From Oligoflexia bacterium (GTDB lineage: Bacteria > Bdellovibrionota > Bdellovibrionia > JABDDW01), in contig JAYTHU010000200.1 of the NCBI GenBank assembly GCA_043732305.1, positions 1 to 24,660 of the forward strand: a stretch of 24,660 nucleotides of DNA, written 5' to 3'. Positions 1 through 10,308 of the stretch are shown piece after piece. The notes under the pieces are model-generated. The model was given only the letters and a program-made list of their open reading frames with translations. It did no database searches and was not told where the DNA came from. Each line of letters starts with the position of its first letter. Positions within the stretch are counted from its first letter, which is position 1. The translations under genes were made by a program, and so were the position numbers.

Positions 1-219
1 CAAAATCCTTCAACGTTGCGGCTACCTAAACCATCACCATATAAACACTGACGATTTTTACTACACTATGCCAAACCCCAACTAATTACGGAGAGGGAAG
101 GTCTCTGGACATTTCTTGGCACCATGACGAAGTGTTTGGCAGGACTTGTTACAAAAATGTTTCTCCAGTTTCGTCTTAATGCCCCTCGTATTGGCGCTTG
201 CCTTGCATTACTAAACATC

Positions 220-1017
220 ATGAGCAACATTCTTGAAAATTCTTTTCACTCTCGCAGGCATTACTCTGCCATTTTGCTAATTATTTTTGTTTTGGTATCT
301 TTCACTTCCCCAGCTCACGCAGGCAAACTGAGTGAGCTGCTAAAAAACGCGTGCGGAAAAGCCCTGGGGAAATTATCTCTGGTCGATAGTCGAAGTAATG
401 AAGAAATCCAAGATTTTAAATTAATGGAAGCAAGTGCGCCCTCAAACAAAAGACAACTACAACATATCAAAGATGGGTATAACGAACCCAACATGGAGAC
501 CACGCCGGATTTTTTTGATAAGAACGTAAAAAACTCTCTCTTTGATTCGTCCGCCGTAGACATCCATCTCGAAATGGACGAGGCAGGTCCTCGCAAGGAC
601 GCTCGCACACAAAAAATCGTATCCGGTGAGCTGCCCGAAGCCTCTAACTGGATTTGGATCTCTATTGCGATGTCTGATCAGTTTAATTTAGTAAAAAATA
701 ACTCAGAAAATTTCGAATATGTAGCTAAAAGCGATCACAGGTCATTTAGATCGGTAAAATTTTATAAAAACGTTGAGACAAAGAAACCACAAATTATTCT
801 AACTTTTAATTTTCAAAGTGGCCCCACTTATAAATCATTAAATTTAAAATCGATAGTCAATGCAATAATTCGTGTTCGCGAAGAATGTGAAGATACATTT
901 ATAGTTCATATCGACGAGCATCCTGGAGTCCGCAATATTGTCATTGATGTTAATAAATTTAAGCCTCTGACGATCGAAATGTTTATTGCACTCATGGCCA
1001 TAGATACTATTAACTAA
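220..1017 (+). CDS. Hypothetical exported protein
   Basis: The ORF track gives 124..1017. The ATG at 220 gives a typical signal peptide (RRH, hydrophobic stretch, AHA|G). No recognisable domain. Confidence 0.6.
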   Translation: MSNILENSFHSRRHYSAILLIIFVLVSFTSPAHAGKLSELLKNACGKALGKLSLVDSRSNEEIQDFKLMEASAPSNKRQLQHIKDGYNEPNMETTPDFFDKNVKNSLFDSSAVDIHLEMDEAGPRKDARTQKIVSGELPEASNWIWISIAMSDQFNLVKNNSENFEYVAKSDHRSFRSVKFYKNVETKKPQIILTFNFQSGPTYKSLNLKSIVNAIIRVREECEDTFIVHIDEHPGVRNIVIDVNKFKPLTIEMFIALMAIDTIN

Positions 1018-1021
1018 GCTT

Positions 1022-2035
1022 ATGGGTTCAATATTTTTCTCCGTATTTTTGCTTGCAGCCATTTTAATTGCCGTATTCATCGCCGTTCACCAGGCGGAGA
1101 AAATTGCAGAGCGCATTGGCGAGCCTTTCGGAACACTTCTTCTCACCGTTGCTGTTACAGTCATTGAAGTCGTATTAATAATTTCTATAATGATGAAGAA
1201 TGATAGCGACCCTGCTCTTGTGAGAGACACTGTTTTTTCTGTAATCATGATTGTCTGCAATGGTCTCGTGGGACTCTGCATTTTACTAGGTGCGCTAAGA
1301 TTTAAAGAACTGGAATTTAAAATTTCCGGAGCTAATGCTTACATAATAGTGCTTTTTGTTCTTGCCACATTAAGTTTAATTTTGCCCAATCACACTGTCG
1401 CAAATCCCGGCCCAATTTATTCTGGAGCTCAACTTGCTTTTGTCAGTGCGGCAACTCTCATGCTCTATGGAGTTTTCCTTTTTATTCAAACTGTGCGGCA
1501 TAAAGATTATTTTATGCCAGTCGCGACACAGACTCAAAATCCAACAATATCCGAAACGGTGGGGACGAATAAACTACCTCACGGTAAATTATATTTCTCT
1601 ATAGGGTTACTGTTGATTTCACTTTTGACTGTGATCCTTCTCTCCAAATTTTTCGCTTCGATGATTCAAAAAGGAATAGCAGACGCTGGAGCCCCTCCAG
1701 AACTGGCAGGAGTATTAGTGGCTTTTTTTGTTTTACTTCCCGAATGCGTTTCAGCTGTAAAAGCAGCAAGAAAAAATGAGATACAGAAAAGTTTTAATCT
1801 AGCTCTTGGCTCTTCGGTAGCCACAATAGGTTTAACTATTCCAGCAGTGATTCTAGTGAGTCATTTGATGCACAAAACTTTAATTCTAGGTTTAAACGCT
1901 GAACATTCAGTATTGTTGTTCCTCACCATGATTGTAAGTCTAGTGACCTTTGGATCAGGCAGAGTGAATCTTTTGTATGGCCTAGTTCACTTAGTAATTT
2001 TTATCACTTACATTTTCCTGCTTTTCGTGCCCTAA
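1022..2035 (+). CDS. chaA: Ca2+/H+ antiporter, CaCA family (ChaA/Y4hA-like)
   Basis: About 10 hydrophobic segments. Alpha-repeat motifs GEPFGTLLLTVAVTVIE and LLPE...NLALGSSVATIGLTIP. Confidence 0.88.
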   Translation: MGSIFFSVFLLAAILIAVFIAVHQAEKIAERIGEPFGTLLLTVAVTVIEVVLIISIMMKNDSDPALVRDTVFSVIMIVCNGLVGLCILLGALRFKELEFKISGANAYIIVLFVLATLSLILPNHTVANPGPIYSGAQLAFVSAATLMLYGVFLFIQTVRHKDYFMPVATQTQNPTISETVGTNKLPHGKLYFSIGLLLISLLTVILLSKFFASMIQKGIADAGAPPELAGVLVAFFVLLPECVSAVKAARKNEIQKSFNLALGSSVATIGLTIPAVILVSHLMHKTLILGLNAEHSVLLFLTMIVSLVTFGSGRVNLLYGLVHLVIFITYIFLLFVP

Positions 2036-2115
2036 AATAGTCCTTGAGATAATTCCCTAACCGGTCGAGCAGGCTTTATCAAAGTGCAAAACGAAGCCAC
2101 TGATTTTTGGCTAGC

Positions 2116-2145
2116 CTAGAACTCGCCGAAGAGCGAAAGTTCTAG
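2116..2145. terminator. Hairpin between convergent genes, possible terminator
   Basis: CTAGAACT-CGC-cgaaga-GCG-aa-AGTTCTAG inverted repeat between two convergent stop codons. No clear U-tract. Confidence 0.4.
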
Positions 2146-2161
2146 ACCGCCCAAGCCAAGA

Positions 2162-2926
2162 TTACTTCTGAGCTTTTTTCTTTCCGTGTTCACGCATCAT
2201 GGATTCAGCTGTTTGAACATTGGCTTCGGTGATTTCCCAGATCTTCTTATCTTTAAGGAGAGTGTGAATTTTTTCGAATAGCTCAGGATCAATAAATGGC
2301 TTCACTTTTCCAGAGCGATATTCTGTTTCTTTTTCGCCGTAAAGACCAAGAAAAGTTTTATCATTGAACCAAGATTCGCGATTACGATCGGCTAATTTCT
2401 GGAGTAATTCTGGAGTAGGATTTCTTTGTAAAAATTCAAAAAACATTCCGCTCGCGGGACTTCCTGGATAAAACCATTCACCTGTGAAAACTTGAATGAC
2501 GTCATCACTTTCATCTCGCAATACGGGGGTGATAAAATTCACGCCCAATTCTTCTGCGTGTTTGTGAAAAGCCAGAAGATCTGGAGTCCTCAAAGCAATG
2601 TGTTGCCAGTGAGCTGCTGCGCGATGTTGATCAAGCATTTCTCTCACGTGAGATTGCATTTGCTTCGGTTCCGAGGGTTGAACTACTGCGATCATGGTAT
2701 TATCCAACTCTGATTTTTCTTCCTTTCCTTGCCCCACTTGCATTGCAAAAGTCAGAGATTTTTCTCCTTCACCGTCCACCCACTCTTTGCGCTTTTCATA
2801 AAGTAAATGTTCCGGAGTGCAACCAAAAATAGTTCGAAAAATAACATAAGAGACATTGTACATTTCTGGTTGAACCAGAAGCGTCATGTGATCAACTTTA
2901 AAATTTAAAAATGAAGGACGAGTCAT
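2162..2926 (-). CDS. VOC-superfamily protein resembling the catalytic C-terminal domain of 4-hydroxyphenylpyruvate dioxygenase
   Basis: VDHMT, QHIALRTPD, IQVFT and FFEFLQR give a His/His/Glu metal triad. An AGGAG RBS precedes the ATG at 2926. Confidence 0.72.
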   Translation of the reverse strand: MTRPSFLNFKVDHMTLLVQPEMYNVSYVIFRTIFGCTPEHLLYEKRKEWVDGEGEKSLTFAMQVGQGKEEKSELDNTMIAVVQPSEPKQMQSHVREMLDQHRAAAHWQHIALRTPDLLAFHKHAEELGVNFITPVLRDESDDVIQVFTGEWFYPGSPASGMFFEFLQRNPTPELLQKLADRNRESWFNDKTFLGLYGEKETEYRSGKVKPFIDPELFEKIHTLLKDKKIWEITEANVQTAESMMREHGKKKAQK

Positions 2927-3027
2927 GAATGTCTCCTTTTGCATCGCTTTTATAATATAAATTTCATTTTTTAATATGACCCAAAAAAGCTATTTGGACA
3001 AGCATCCTCTGTGCGGTGACAGAATGA

Positions 3028-3337
3028 GATGACAACATACGATCGGAATTGATTTTAAACGCACTAGAAATGGCTTTGGGACGTCAAACTATTAATGACG
3101 GCGAACTTAGCCAATTCCGATCGAGGCTCACAGTATGAGTCTGAGAGCTTTGAAAAAAGACTTAAGTTGTCGACAATAATTGCCAGTATGTCTCGACGTG
3201 GAAATTGTTACGACAACGCTCACTGCGAAAGTTTGCAGAGAAGTTTTGGAAAACATATGATTCTATTAGAAAAGAAGTCATCGCCGAAAGTGAAAAACTG
3301 TCTCCGGAAAAGCTACAAGAGTTTAATCGAATTATAG
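3028..3337 (+). mobile_element. IS3-family transposase remnant (integrase core, frameshifted)
   Basis: One frame reads DDNIRSELILNALEMALGRQ. The next frame reads SDRGSQY...SMSRRGNCYDNAHCES. No OrfA or terminal repeats seen. Confidence 0.85.
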
Positions 3338-3491
3338 AAGAGGAAAAATAAAAAAACCTTTATCCTGCCTATGTAGATGAGGCGGCAGCGCAGTCCAAAC
3401 AAAATCAAACATCTGCACTCCAGATCGAGGTCGATTGAGATGAGAATTTCAAGTTTTTAAGGTGACAATTGTAGCCTGCAAATGGCGGGCG

Positions 3492-4127
3492 CTACTTAGA
3501 TGGTGCTGACGATAAAAGTTTTTTGACATCGCTAACGGTTTTAAATTTCGAGTAGGTGCATTCAAAGTCCGAGTTCTTTTCGGGCTTGGCTTCGCGATAT
3601 AAGATTGATTTGTATCTTTTCATATCGACTGGCTCGATCTGGCCAGACCCAACCTTGAACAGATATACGACATCATTTGATTCGCAATCGGCATAGGGAT
3701 GGTCGATGTCCCACCCGCAGATCACTCCCACTTCGCGGTTCGTCTCTCCGGCAATGTTCACGAAGAAAAAAGCCCGAAGTGTTGGTGTGCCGCCTTCGAT
3801 TTCGCAAGCGATGACCGGAGAGAAAAGTGAGTAGGTTTGGTCAATTTTTTTGACCAAGATATTGAGGTCAAAAGAGTTGACGTCGGCATCGGCCGGGTCT
3901 TTTTCGGGATCGGATTCGGTGATGGCGACGAACGCTTCACTTCCTTTTGTGAGATCCGAAGTTTTAGCGAGTTGCGCATGTCCGCTCTCGTCTAGGATTA
4001 ATTTATGCTTTGTCGCGCGTTTGATAAAGGATTCGGCCGACTCGTCTGACTTCATCGTGATCTCAGAAGCTGCGAACGCACCCGCTGAGAGAAATAAACT
4101 AAATACGAAGACGCCGAAATATTGCAT
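3492..4127 (-). CDS. Hypothetical secreted protein
   Basis: GAGGGAG RBS, signal peptide ending AFA|A, 4 Cys. No family recognised. Confidence 0.7.
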   Translation of the reverse strand: MQYFGVFVFSLFLSAGAFAASEITMKSDESAESFIKRATKHKLILDESGHAQLAKTSDLTKGSEAFVAITESDPEKDPADADVNSFDLNILVKKIDQTYSLFSPVIACEIEGGTPTLRAFFFVNIAGETNREVGVICGWDIDHPYADCESNDVVYLFKVGSGQIEPVDMKRYKSILYREAKPEKNSDFECTYSKFKTVSDVKKLLSSAPSK

Positions 4128-4478
4128 TGGCTAACTCCCTCTTAAATATAGAAGCCGTGAATAAATGATCTATACTCAAGCGCATGGAAAATAGGCTAGC
4201 GCGAAATAAGAGTCGAATCTATTAAAAATTCAGAGTGAGCAAAAAACGAGCACAATCTCCGGACCTTCGGCTGGTTTGCGATGAAATATTCATACTTTGA
4301 GAAATTGTGAATTTGATCAGAGTCGGAAAGGCTTCCTGAGGGTATCTATCTTAAATGCAGGCAATCTCAGCTTTAAATTTTCAGATTTTTATTAGAGAAA
4401 TTCTGGCCCGAAATTTCAGAATATTTTTTATTTTGTTGCTCGAGAGATCTCGAATGCGGCAATTCCCCCTTACAAGAG

Positions 4479-4934
4479 TTACGTGTCCAGCTCGCCTAAG
4501 AAATACGAACAGGCCATTTCAATATCTTCAATGTTCTCTGGATCCCTGCGACGGTTAGCTTCATGAGATTGGGAGAAACGCCATTGTTCAATAGCTTCCA
4601 AGATCCGATTGTAGAGGAATTTAGAGAAAGGTCGCGTTACGAGGACGAGGAGTAGTTCCATGCCGCTCATTGGAGCCTTTGTTCCGCTTCCATAAATCCA
4701 GGTCTCAAAAGATTCGACTAAATCGCCTTCGGAAAGATTCTGTTGAACATAGATCTCCTGTTGGCTAATTTCGAGTCCCATTTTTATCCGAAGCGACCGC
4801 ACCAAGGGAATATCCATAGAATCATCTTCAAAGGTGAGCTCAAAAACTTTGTTCCAATGTGGAAGCTTCGAAAGATTTTCTTCCAAGGCTCGCATGTGTT
4901 TCTTCAAGCAAAGGCGATCTAACGGGTGAAGCAT
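4479..4934 (-). CDS. Hypothetical protein
   Basis: Helical, protein-like composition. Start is uncertain (4934 or 4997). Confidence 0.5.
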   Translation of the reverse strand: MLHPLDRLCLKKHMRALEENLSKLPHWNKVFELTFEDDSMDIPLVRSLRIKMGLEISQQEIYVQQNLSEGDLVESFETWIYGSGTKAPMSGMELLLVLVTRPFSKFLYNRILEAIEQWRFSQSHEANRRRDPENIEDIEMACSYFLGELDT

Positions 4935-5110
4935 TGAATTTAGAAAAAAGCTCCGCAAAAGACAGTAGGTAATGAGGGAGCCTCGCCAAGGGGACATATT
5001 CCTACGCGGTTAAAGTATCCCACGAAGAGCAATTAGGTCTCGTTAGCCTTGGACACTGGAGCAAACAACTAGAAAAGCCAAAATAAGGTAACTATTTAGT
5101 ATAGTGGACT

Positions 5111-5383
5111 ATGTTACCTACCTCAACTAAGGAACATACAAAACATGCAAAATCAAAACTGATTTTAAGGGTCCGTCGAATGAAGGGGCAACTTGAAGCC
5201 GCGGAGGGGGCTCTAGAAAATGACGACGACAGTTTAACTATATTAAGGACTGTAATTTTCCTGTCGTGGCGCTACCAACGGTTGATAGCGAAACTCATAG
5301 ACGGAGAGATTCGGTACCATGTTTTGGACATTCAAAGCGACAAAACTAAACAAAAGTCATCAGCGGACGATTTAATTGCCATC
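5111..5383 (+). pseudogene. Degenerate RcnR/FrmR (CsoR-family) repressor
   Basis: HTKHAKSKLILRVRRMKGQLEA matches the family N-terminus. The conserved SCRGAxNG is in the +1 frame (5259-5282) between two compensating indels. The metal-ligand Cys reads Ser and His reads Glu. The C-terminus is replaced by antisense adh sequence. Confidence 0.8.
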
Positions 5384-5743
5384 GGCTTGAATGCCATAGA
5401 TAGTATTTCCAAGTATCCATCCAGCGTTTTCCCAATGTGAGTACATTTGCCGTTCGCAATAGTCGCATCGTCAGTCGGCGGTAATACAAAAAATGAGGAC
5501 CTTCTCTCCTGTCTTGATTCGTGTTACCTACTCTCAAACTTCTTCAACTATCCCAAGACCCTCATGCCCGAGTATAGTTCCGAGCTTAGAACTTGGAAAT
5601 CACCTTTTCAAAGTGTGCAGATCCGTGCCACAAATGGTGGCTCGCAAAACTTTGACGATTGCTTCAGAGATTTTTTTAAGAACTGGTTTTGTTTTTTTCA
5701 CCAGATTCTTTTTCTCAGAACCTTGATATTCCAAGACCCACAT
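5381..5743 (-). pseudogene. Zinc-dependent alcohol dehydrogenase (MDR family), 5' fragment with several stops
   Basis: Manual minus-strand translation: AIVKVLRATICGTDLH...ILGHEGLGIVEEV*E*V...GEKVLIFCITAD*RCDYC..QMYSHWENAGWILGNTIYGIQA. Four in-frame stops; truncated after about 120 codons. Confidence 0.88.
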
Positions 5744-5791
5744 AAATAATCCGATCTCAAAAAATATTTTAATATTGCGTTTTACTATTCT

Positions 5792-6148
5792 CTACATAGA
5801 CTCATCCATTTTCATTCCGTCCATTTTTTTACTCTTAATTTTGTCTTTTTTTGTCATGGATTTCATTCCGTCCATGATTGGACAACTTCCCATCGCTTTA
5901 GCTACTGGGCAGTCTTTCATCACTTCTTTTTGACAGACTTGCATCGACTTATCTGTTCGCATGCAATCAGCCATCTTTTGATACATTTCTGCTATATCTT
6001 TTTTTATTTCTGGAGAATTCATTTTTGTGGCCGTACCGCCTTTCATATCATCACCCGACTGCGCCACAGCCATATTAGACAATGGAAAGAAAAGCGCTAA
6101 AGCGACGGGAAAAAACGCAATGATATTTATTTTTCTTTTCGAAAACAT
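5792..6148 (-). CDS. Small Met/Cys-rich periplasmic protein, putative Cu(I)/Ag(I) binder
   Basis: GAGGTG RBS, signal peptide (AVA|Q), 17 Met and 4 Cys in 118 aa. Lies directly downstream of copA. Confidence 0.7.
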   Translation of the reverse strand: MFSKRKINIIAFFPVALALFFPLSNMAVAQSGDDMKGGTATKMNSPEIKKDIAEMYQKMADCMRTDKSMQVCQKEVMKDCPVAKAMGSCPIMDGMKSMTKKDKIKSKKMDGMKMDESM

Positions 6149-6208
6149 TTTTACACCTCTTCAATTTACTTCAGTTAATCTTTTGCTTCTGTTTGATACT
6201 CCAGGCCT

Positions 6209-6307
6209 ATGCAAGAGTGGTGCTCGTACGGGGGCAACTAAGGCGAACATGAAGGAAAGGGAATAAATTCTGTGGAACAAATTGTCCCGCGACGAGCGAC
6301 TTTGCAT
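6209..6307. repeat. Imperfect inverted repeat (arms about 26-29 bp) downstream of copA
   Basis: ATGCAAGAGTGGTGCTCGTACGGGGGCAA (6209-6237) versus the reverse complement of 6282-6307, ATGCAAAGTCGCTCGTCGCGGGACAA. Confidence 0.6.
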
Positions 6308-6322
6308 CTCACTCACCTGATT

Positions 6323-8599
6323 TTACGTTTTGAGTCTCAGCGCGTTTCCAATCACGGAAACCGAACTTAGGCTCATCGCTCCAGCGGCAATCATTGGACT
6401 GAGAAGGATTCCAAAATGAGGGTATAAAATACCAGCGGCAATGGGAATCCCAACGGAATTGTATACAAAAGCGAAAAATAAATTTTGTTTGATATTTTTT
6501 AGTGTCGCCTCACTCAGTTCGCGGGCTTTGACAATTCCACAGAGGTCACCTTTGACCAAAGTAATTCCCGCGCTATGAATAGCCACGTCTGTTCCGGTTC
6601 CCATGGCGATGCCTACGTCTGCTTGGGCCAAAGCTGGGGCATCATTGACTCCATCCCCCGCCATCCCAACCGCATATCCTTGCTTCTGAAAATTTTTAAT
6701 TATTTCCGCTTTCTCCTGAGGAAGCACGTCTGCCAGGACCTGATCAATGCCGGCTTTAGTAGCCACTACCTGCGCAGTTTTAATGCTGTCACCAGTGACC
6801 ATAACCACAGTGATTTTCAGTTCCTGAAGATCCTTCACTGCTTGGATTGTCGTTTCTTTGATGGGGTCAGCCACTCCAAGAAGGCCAGAAAGTTTTTTAT
6901 CAATACTGACGTAAATAACAGTTTGCCCCTGGTTACGGAGTTCATCAGATAATTTTTCGATGGCCGCAAGATTTAAATCAAGATCTCTCATGAGTGCAAG
7001 ATTGCCAATGGAAACAATCTTTCCAGAAACTTTTCCCGTTGCCCCTTTTCCCGTCAAGGATTGAAAATTTTCAACCTGAAGCGGTGAAATATTTTTTGCT
7101 TTTGCTCCAGCGACAATGGCCGATGCCAGAGGATGTTCACTGGCATTTTCTAAACTGCTGGCAAGAAGCAACAATTCAGATTCTGAAATTGAGGCATCTA
7201 AAATTTTTACGGAAACAAGCTTCGGCTTTCCTTCTGTCAGTGTTCCTGTTTTATCGACAACTAGGATCTGAACTTTTCTTAAAAGCTCTATAGCCTCCGC
7301 GCTCTTAAATAAAATTCCCATGGTGGCACCCTTCCCCGTTGCGACCATGATAGACATCGGTGTGGCAAGTCCGAGAGCACAAGGACAAGCTATGATTAGA
7401 ACTGCTACGGCATTCACAATGGCATGAGCCAACTTTGGATCTGGACCCCAAACGGACCACGCTGCAGCGGTAAGAATTGACATTCCAATAACCGCTGGAA
7501 CAAAATAAGCGGAAACTTTATCAACTAATTTTTGGATGGGTGCGCGAGATCTTTGGGCTTCGGAGACCATTTGTACAATTTGGGAAAGTAGAGTTTCACT
7601 GCCAACTTTTTCAGCGCTGATTTCAAGAGTTCCCGTTCCATTGATAGTTGCACCAATAACTTTGGAGCCTTTATATTTCTCATTCGGAATTGGCTCTCCG
7701 GTCACCATTGATTCGTCAACAGAAGAAATGCCCGAAACAACAATTCCGTCTACGGGAATTTTCTCTCCCGGTTTAACTCGGAGACGGTCTCCAACTTTAA
7801 GTTCTTCAAGTGAAACATCATTTTCAGAGCCGTCTGCGTTGATTCTTCTGGCGGTTTTCGGAGCAAGGCCTAGAAGTGCTTTGATAGCTAGGCTTGTTTG
7901 CCCTCTTGCTTTTAATTCTAGAACTTGCCCAAGAAGGAAGAGAGTCACAATCACTGAGGCCGGCTCGAAGTAAAGCGCTATTTCTCCACTCATCATGTCT
8001 TTGGAGGATGCAGGAAAAAGTCCTGGGAAAAAAGCTGCGACCAAACTGTAGCCATAGGCAACGCCTACCCCTAAACCAATGAGAGAAAACATATTGGGAC
8101 TTATGTTTTTTAGCGACTGCCAGAATCTTTGAAAAAACGGCCAACCTCCCCACAATACCACCGGGGTCGAAAGAGAAAATTGAATCCAGATTAAATCATT
8201 TGGAGAAAAAACTCCGCGGAGAAGATGTGCTCCTCCCATTGTTAGAAATAACAATGGGATACTTAGTCCCGTGCTGACCCAAAATTTTCTCAGCATGCTC
8301 AAATATTCAGAATTGTCTTCCTCTCCGATAACTATTGTCACCGGTTCCAAACTCATGCCACAGATGGGACAGTGTCCTGGCCCCATTCTCCGAATTTGCT
8401 GATGCATAGGGCAAGTGTATTCAATTTCTTTATTTTCTATTTTGAGATTCGCAGACTTATGTAAATATTGATTAGGATCTTTATCAAATTTCTTTTCACA
8501 ACTGGTGCTGCAAAAATAATACTTAATTCCATGTATTTCGGATTTAACCTTCGTAGATTTTTCATCGACTTCCATTCCGCAGACTGGATCAATTGTCAT
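6323..8599 (-). CDS. copA: Cu(I)/Ag(I)-translocating P1B-type ATPase with N-terminal YHS and heavy-metal-binding (YTCPMH) domains
   Basis: [51 protein letters not shown] and MxxSS motifs. GAGGA RBS before the ATG at 8599. Confidence 0.96.
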   Translation of the reverse strand: MTIDPVCGMEVDEKSTKVKSEIHGIKYYFCSTSCEKKFDKDPNQYLHKSANLKIENKEIEYTCPMHQQIRRMGPGHCPICGMSLEPVTIVIGEEDNSEYLSMLRKFWVSTGLSIPLLFLTMGGAHLLRGVFSPNDLIWIQFSLSTPVVLWGGWPFFQRFWQSLKNISPNMFSLIGLGVGVAYGYSLVAAFFPGLFPASSKDMMSGEIALYFEPASVIVTLFLLGQVLELKARGQTSLAIKALLGLAPKTARRINADGSENDVSLEELKVGDRLRVKPGEKIPVDGIVVSGISSVDESMVTGEPIPNEKYKGSKVIGATINGTGTLEISAEKVGSETLLSQIVQMVSEAQRSRAPIQKLVDKVSAYFVPAVIGMSILTAAAWSVWGPDPKLAHAIVNAVAVLIIACPCALGLATPMSIMVATGKGATMGILFKSAEAIELLRKVQILVVDKTGTLTEGKPKLVSVKILDASISESELLLLASSLENASEHPLASAIVAGAKAKNISPLQVENFQSLTGKGATGKVSGKIVSIGNLALMRDLDLNLAAIEKLSDELRNQGQTVIYVSIDKKLSGLLGVADPIKETTIQAVKDLQELKITVVMVTGDSIKTAQVVATKAGIDQVLADVLPQEKAEIIKNFQKQGYAVGMAGDGVNDAPALAQADVGIAMGTGTDVAIHSAGITLVKGDLCGIVKARELSEATLKNIKQNLFFAFVYNSVGIPIAAGILYPHFGILLSPMIAAGAMSLSSVSVIGNALRLKT

Positions 8600-8610
8600 A
8601 AGATTATCCT

Positions 8611-9720
8611 CTACAAATAAAAATGAACGAGCAACCAATACAAATCTGAGCTTGTCCCTAAACTTGCTACCTGTTCTTTTTGCCAAGACGCCATAAGTTC
8701 AAAGTGCGGCCTGGGAAAAAGTTGGGTGCCTATTCCAAAAGAATTCTGTTCACTCCCTGGATTAGAGGAATCTAAATATTTCTTATCGAAGGACAGAAAA
8801 GTTATGATTCCCTGAACCCACTCGTAGTTTAATCTGTTACTCGTGACATAGCCTGTTTGAGTTATTAAAGATGTTTTATTATTTTTTGTCTGAAAATCTA
8901 ACTCAGATAATAAATACATTGCAGGTGTAAAAGACAGAATCATCCACGGACCACCCACCCATCTTTTGTTAGTGTAGTCTTCTCCTAGATAGAAACTTAA
9001 ACCTACTTTCTGCTTTTCAGTAAAGAAATAGCTCACTGATCCGGTCACGCCATTCTCTCTCACCTGAGCATACATATTGTCCGTCATACTTCCCCCTATC
9101 AAGGTTAGATACGTCGACCAAGAGGGACCTAAATAAGACGCCTCTAAATTATAAGTTTCTGTATCAAATCCAAAATTTAAATCTTTTCTCACGTAGAGAT
9201 AGTGGTTGGGATCATTCAAGCCGTAGAACTTTAAAAACTTCCCTGCTCGCAGTGCGACGGTGTCTGACAATCTATAGAGAAGGAAGTGACGTCTACTGAA
9301 GACAATTCCATCGGAATTTAACCCCGATCTTACTTCTTCGCGCCCAACGCTTGCATCAATTGCCCAAGATTTAGCATTGTAAGCCCCTTCAGCATCGGCC
9401 TGCATTAGGATAGTTCTTGCGGTTGTCGACGTCGAATCGTCTCTTAACGCTTGCAGGCCCCTGACGTAAGCTCCGAGCAACACTTTCTCACCTGTTGGCA
9501 ACTGCCCGTAGGCAAAATATTGTTCTCCTTCGTTCGCCCATGTGCTGAGAATTTCCTTTGAAAGTTCACGTCCGTAAGTTGTCAAGAGCCCTCCACCGCT
9601 GGGGCTCAAATGACAAGATGTACAGTTGGTGTAACCGTGCCGAGACAATTCGGGATAGGCAAAAGCAATTTTTGCTAAAAAAATACTCAGGAAAATTAAA
9701 ATCAAATTTCCAAACCTCAT
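8611..9720 (-). CDS. Putative outer-membrane beta-barrel with an N-terminal c-type heme motif
   Basis: Signal peptide AFA|Y, CTSCH at 9610-9624, alternating aromatic beta-strand pattern, C-terminus WLLVHFYL. Confidence 0.7.
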   Translation of the reverse strand: MRFGNLILIFLSIFLAKIAFAYPELSRHGYTNCTSCHLSPSGGGLLTTYGRELSKEILSTWANEGEQYFAYGQLPTGEKVLLGAYVRGLQALRDDSTSTTARTILMQADAEGAYNAKSWAIDASVGREEVRSGLNSDGIVFSRRHFLLYRLSDTVALRAGKFLKFYGLNDPNHYLYVRKDLNFGFDTETYNLEASYLGPSWSTYLTLIGGSMTDNMYAQVRENGVTGSVSYFFTEKQKVGLSFYLGEDYTNKRWVGGPWMILSFTPAMYLLSELDFQTKNNKTSLITQTGYVTSNRLNYEWVQGIITFLSFDKKYLDSSNPGSEQNSFGIGTQLFPRPHFELMASWQKEQVASLGTSSDLYWLLVHFYL

Positions 9721-9725
9721 GATTT

Positions 9726-10298
9726 TTATTTCTCAATATTTCCTTTAAAATTTATATCAATATCAACATTCTGAGCGACCGTAATTCCCGCGAAGGACGG
9801 AATGGCGATATTATAATCAAGCAACGAAATTGAGAATTTTGCAGTTCCTGTTAAGCTTGATGGAGAAGAATCGTTGATATCAAAACTGCCTGAAACCTCT
9901 TTTTCTGTGCCGTGAAGTTTCAAAAGTCCCTTGAAACTTCCTTTTTGTTTTGCTGGCGATTGCCAAAAATTCTCAGGAAGCGTCGTACTGACAATTTTCA
10001 ACTTTGCATTTTTAAAATCGCTCTTCTCCACCTCAAGATATTTTTCTGACATGTGTTTGTCTCGGAGTTTCATTCCGGTTTCAAACTGTGACAAATTTAA
10101 ACTCACCTCGCCTTTGAAGCTTGTTCCTTCGACGGTCAGTTTTCCGTCGGGCTTGCCATTTTTCCCCCGAATCTTTAGTGCACTGGGACTGCCTATGGCC
10201 AAGAATTCCGCAGAACTCGCGGATTTATCTATGGAAATATTGATGGTGGCGAATGAAATAGACGAAATTAAACTAGATAACAAAAATAGAAATTTCAT
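9726..10298 (-). CDS. YceI-family periplasmic lipid/quinone-binding protein
   Basis: Signal peptide, FETGMKLRDKHM...YL, GLLKLHGTEKEV and F.ISLLDYNI.IP motifs. Confidence 0.9.
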   Translation of the reverse strand: MKFLFLLSSLISSISFATINISIDKSASSAEFLAIGSPSALKIRGKNGKPDGKLTVEGTSFKGEVSLNLSQFETGMKLRDKHMSEKYLEVEKSDFKNAKLKIVSTTLPENFWQSPAKQKGSFKGLLKLHGTEKEVSGSFDINDSSPSSLTGTAKFSISLLDYNIAIPSFAGITVAQNVDIDINFKGNIEK

Positions 10299-10308
10299 GT
10301 TCTTCCCC

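Noticed and set aside
5447..5749. Plus-strand ORFs of 100 and 77 aa
   Set aside because: Antisense to the adh pseudogene, which explains the sequence.
6245..6265. GAAGGAA in a long hairpin, suggesting SRP RNA
   Set aside because: Lacks the conserved CAGG and GCAGC flanks of the SRP domain IV motif.
6575..8153. Several 60-145 aa ORFs overlapping copA, and similar ones inside other long genes
   Set aside because: Antisense or alternate-frame shadows of well-supported genes, with no motifs or RBS.
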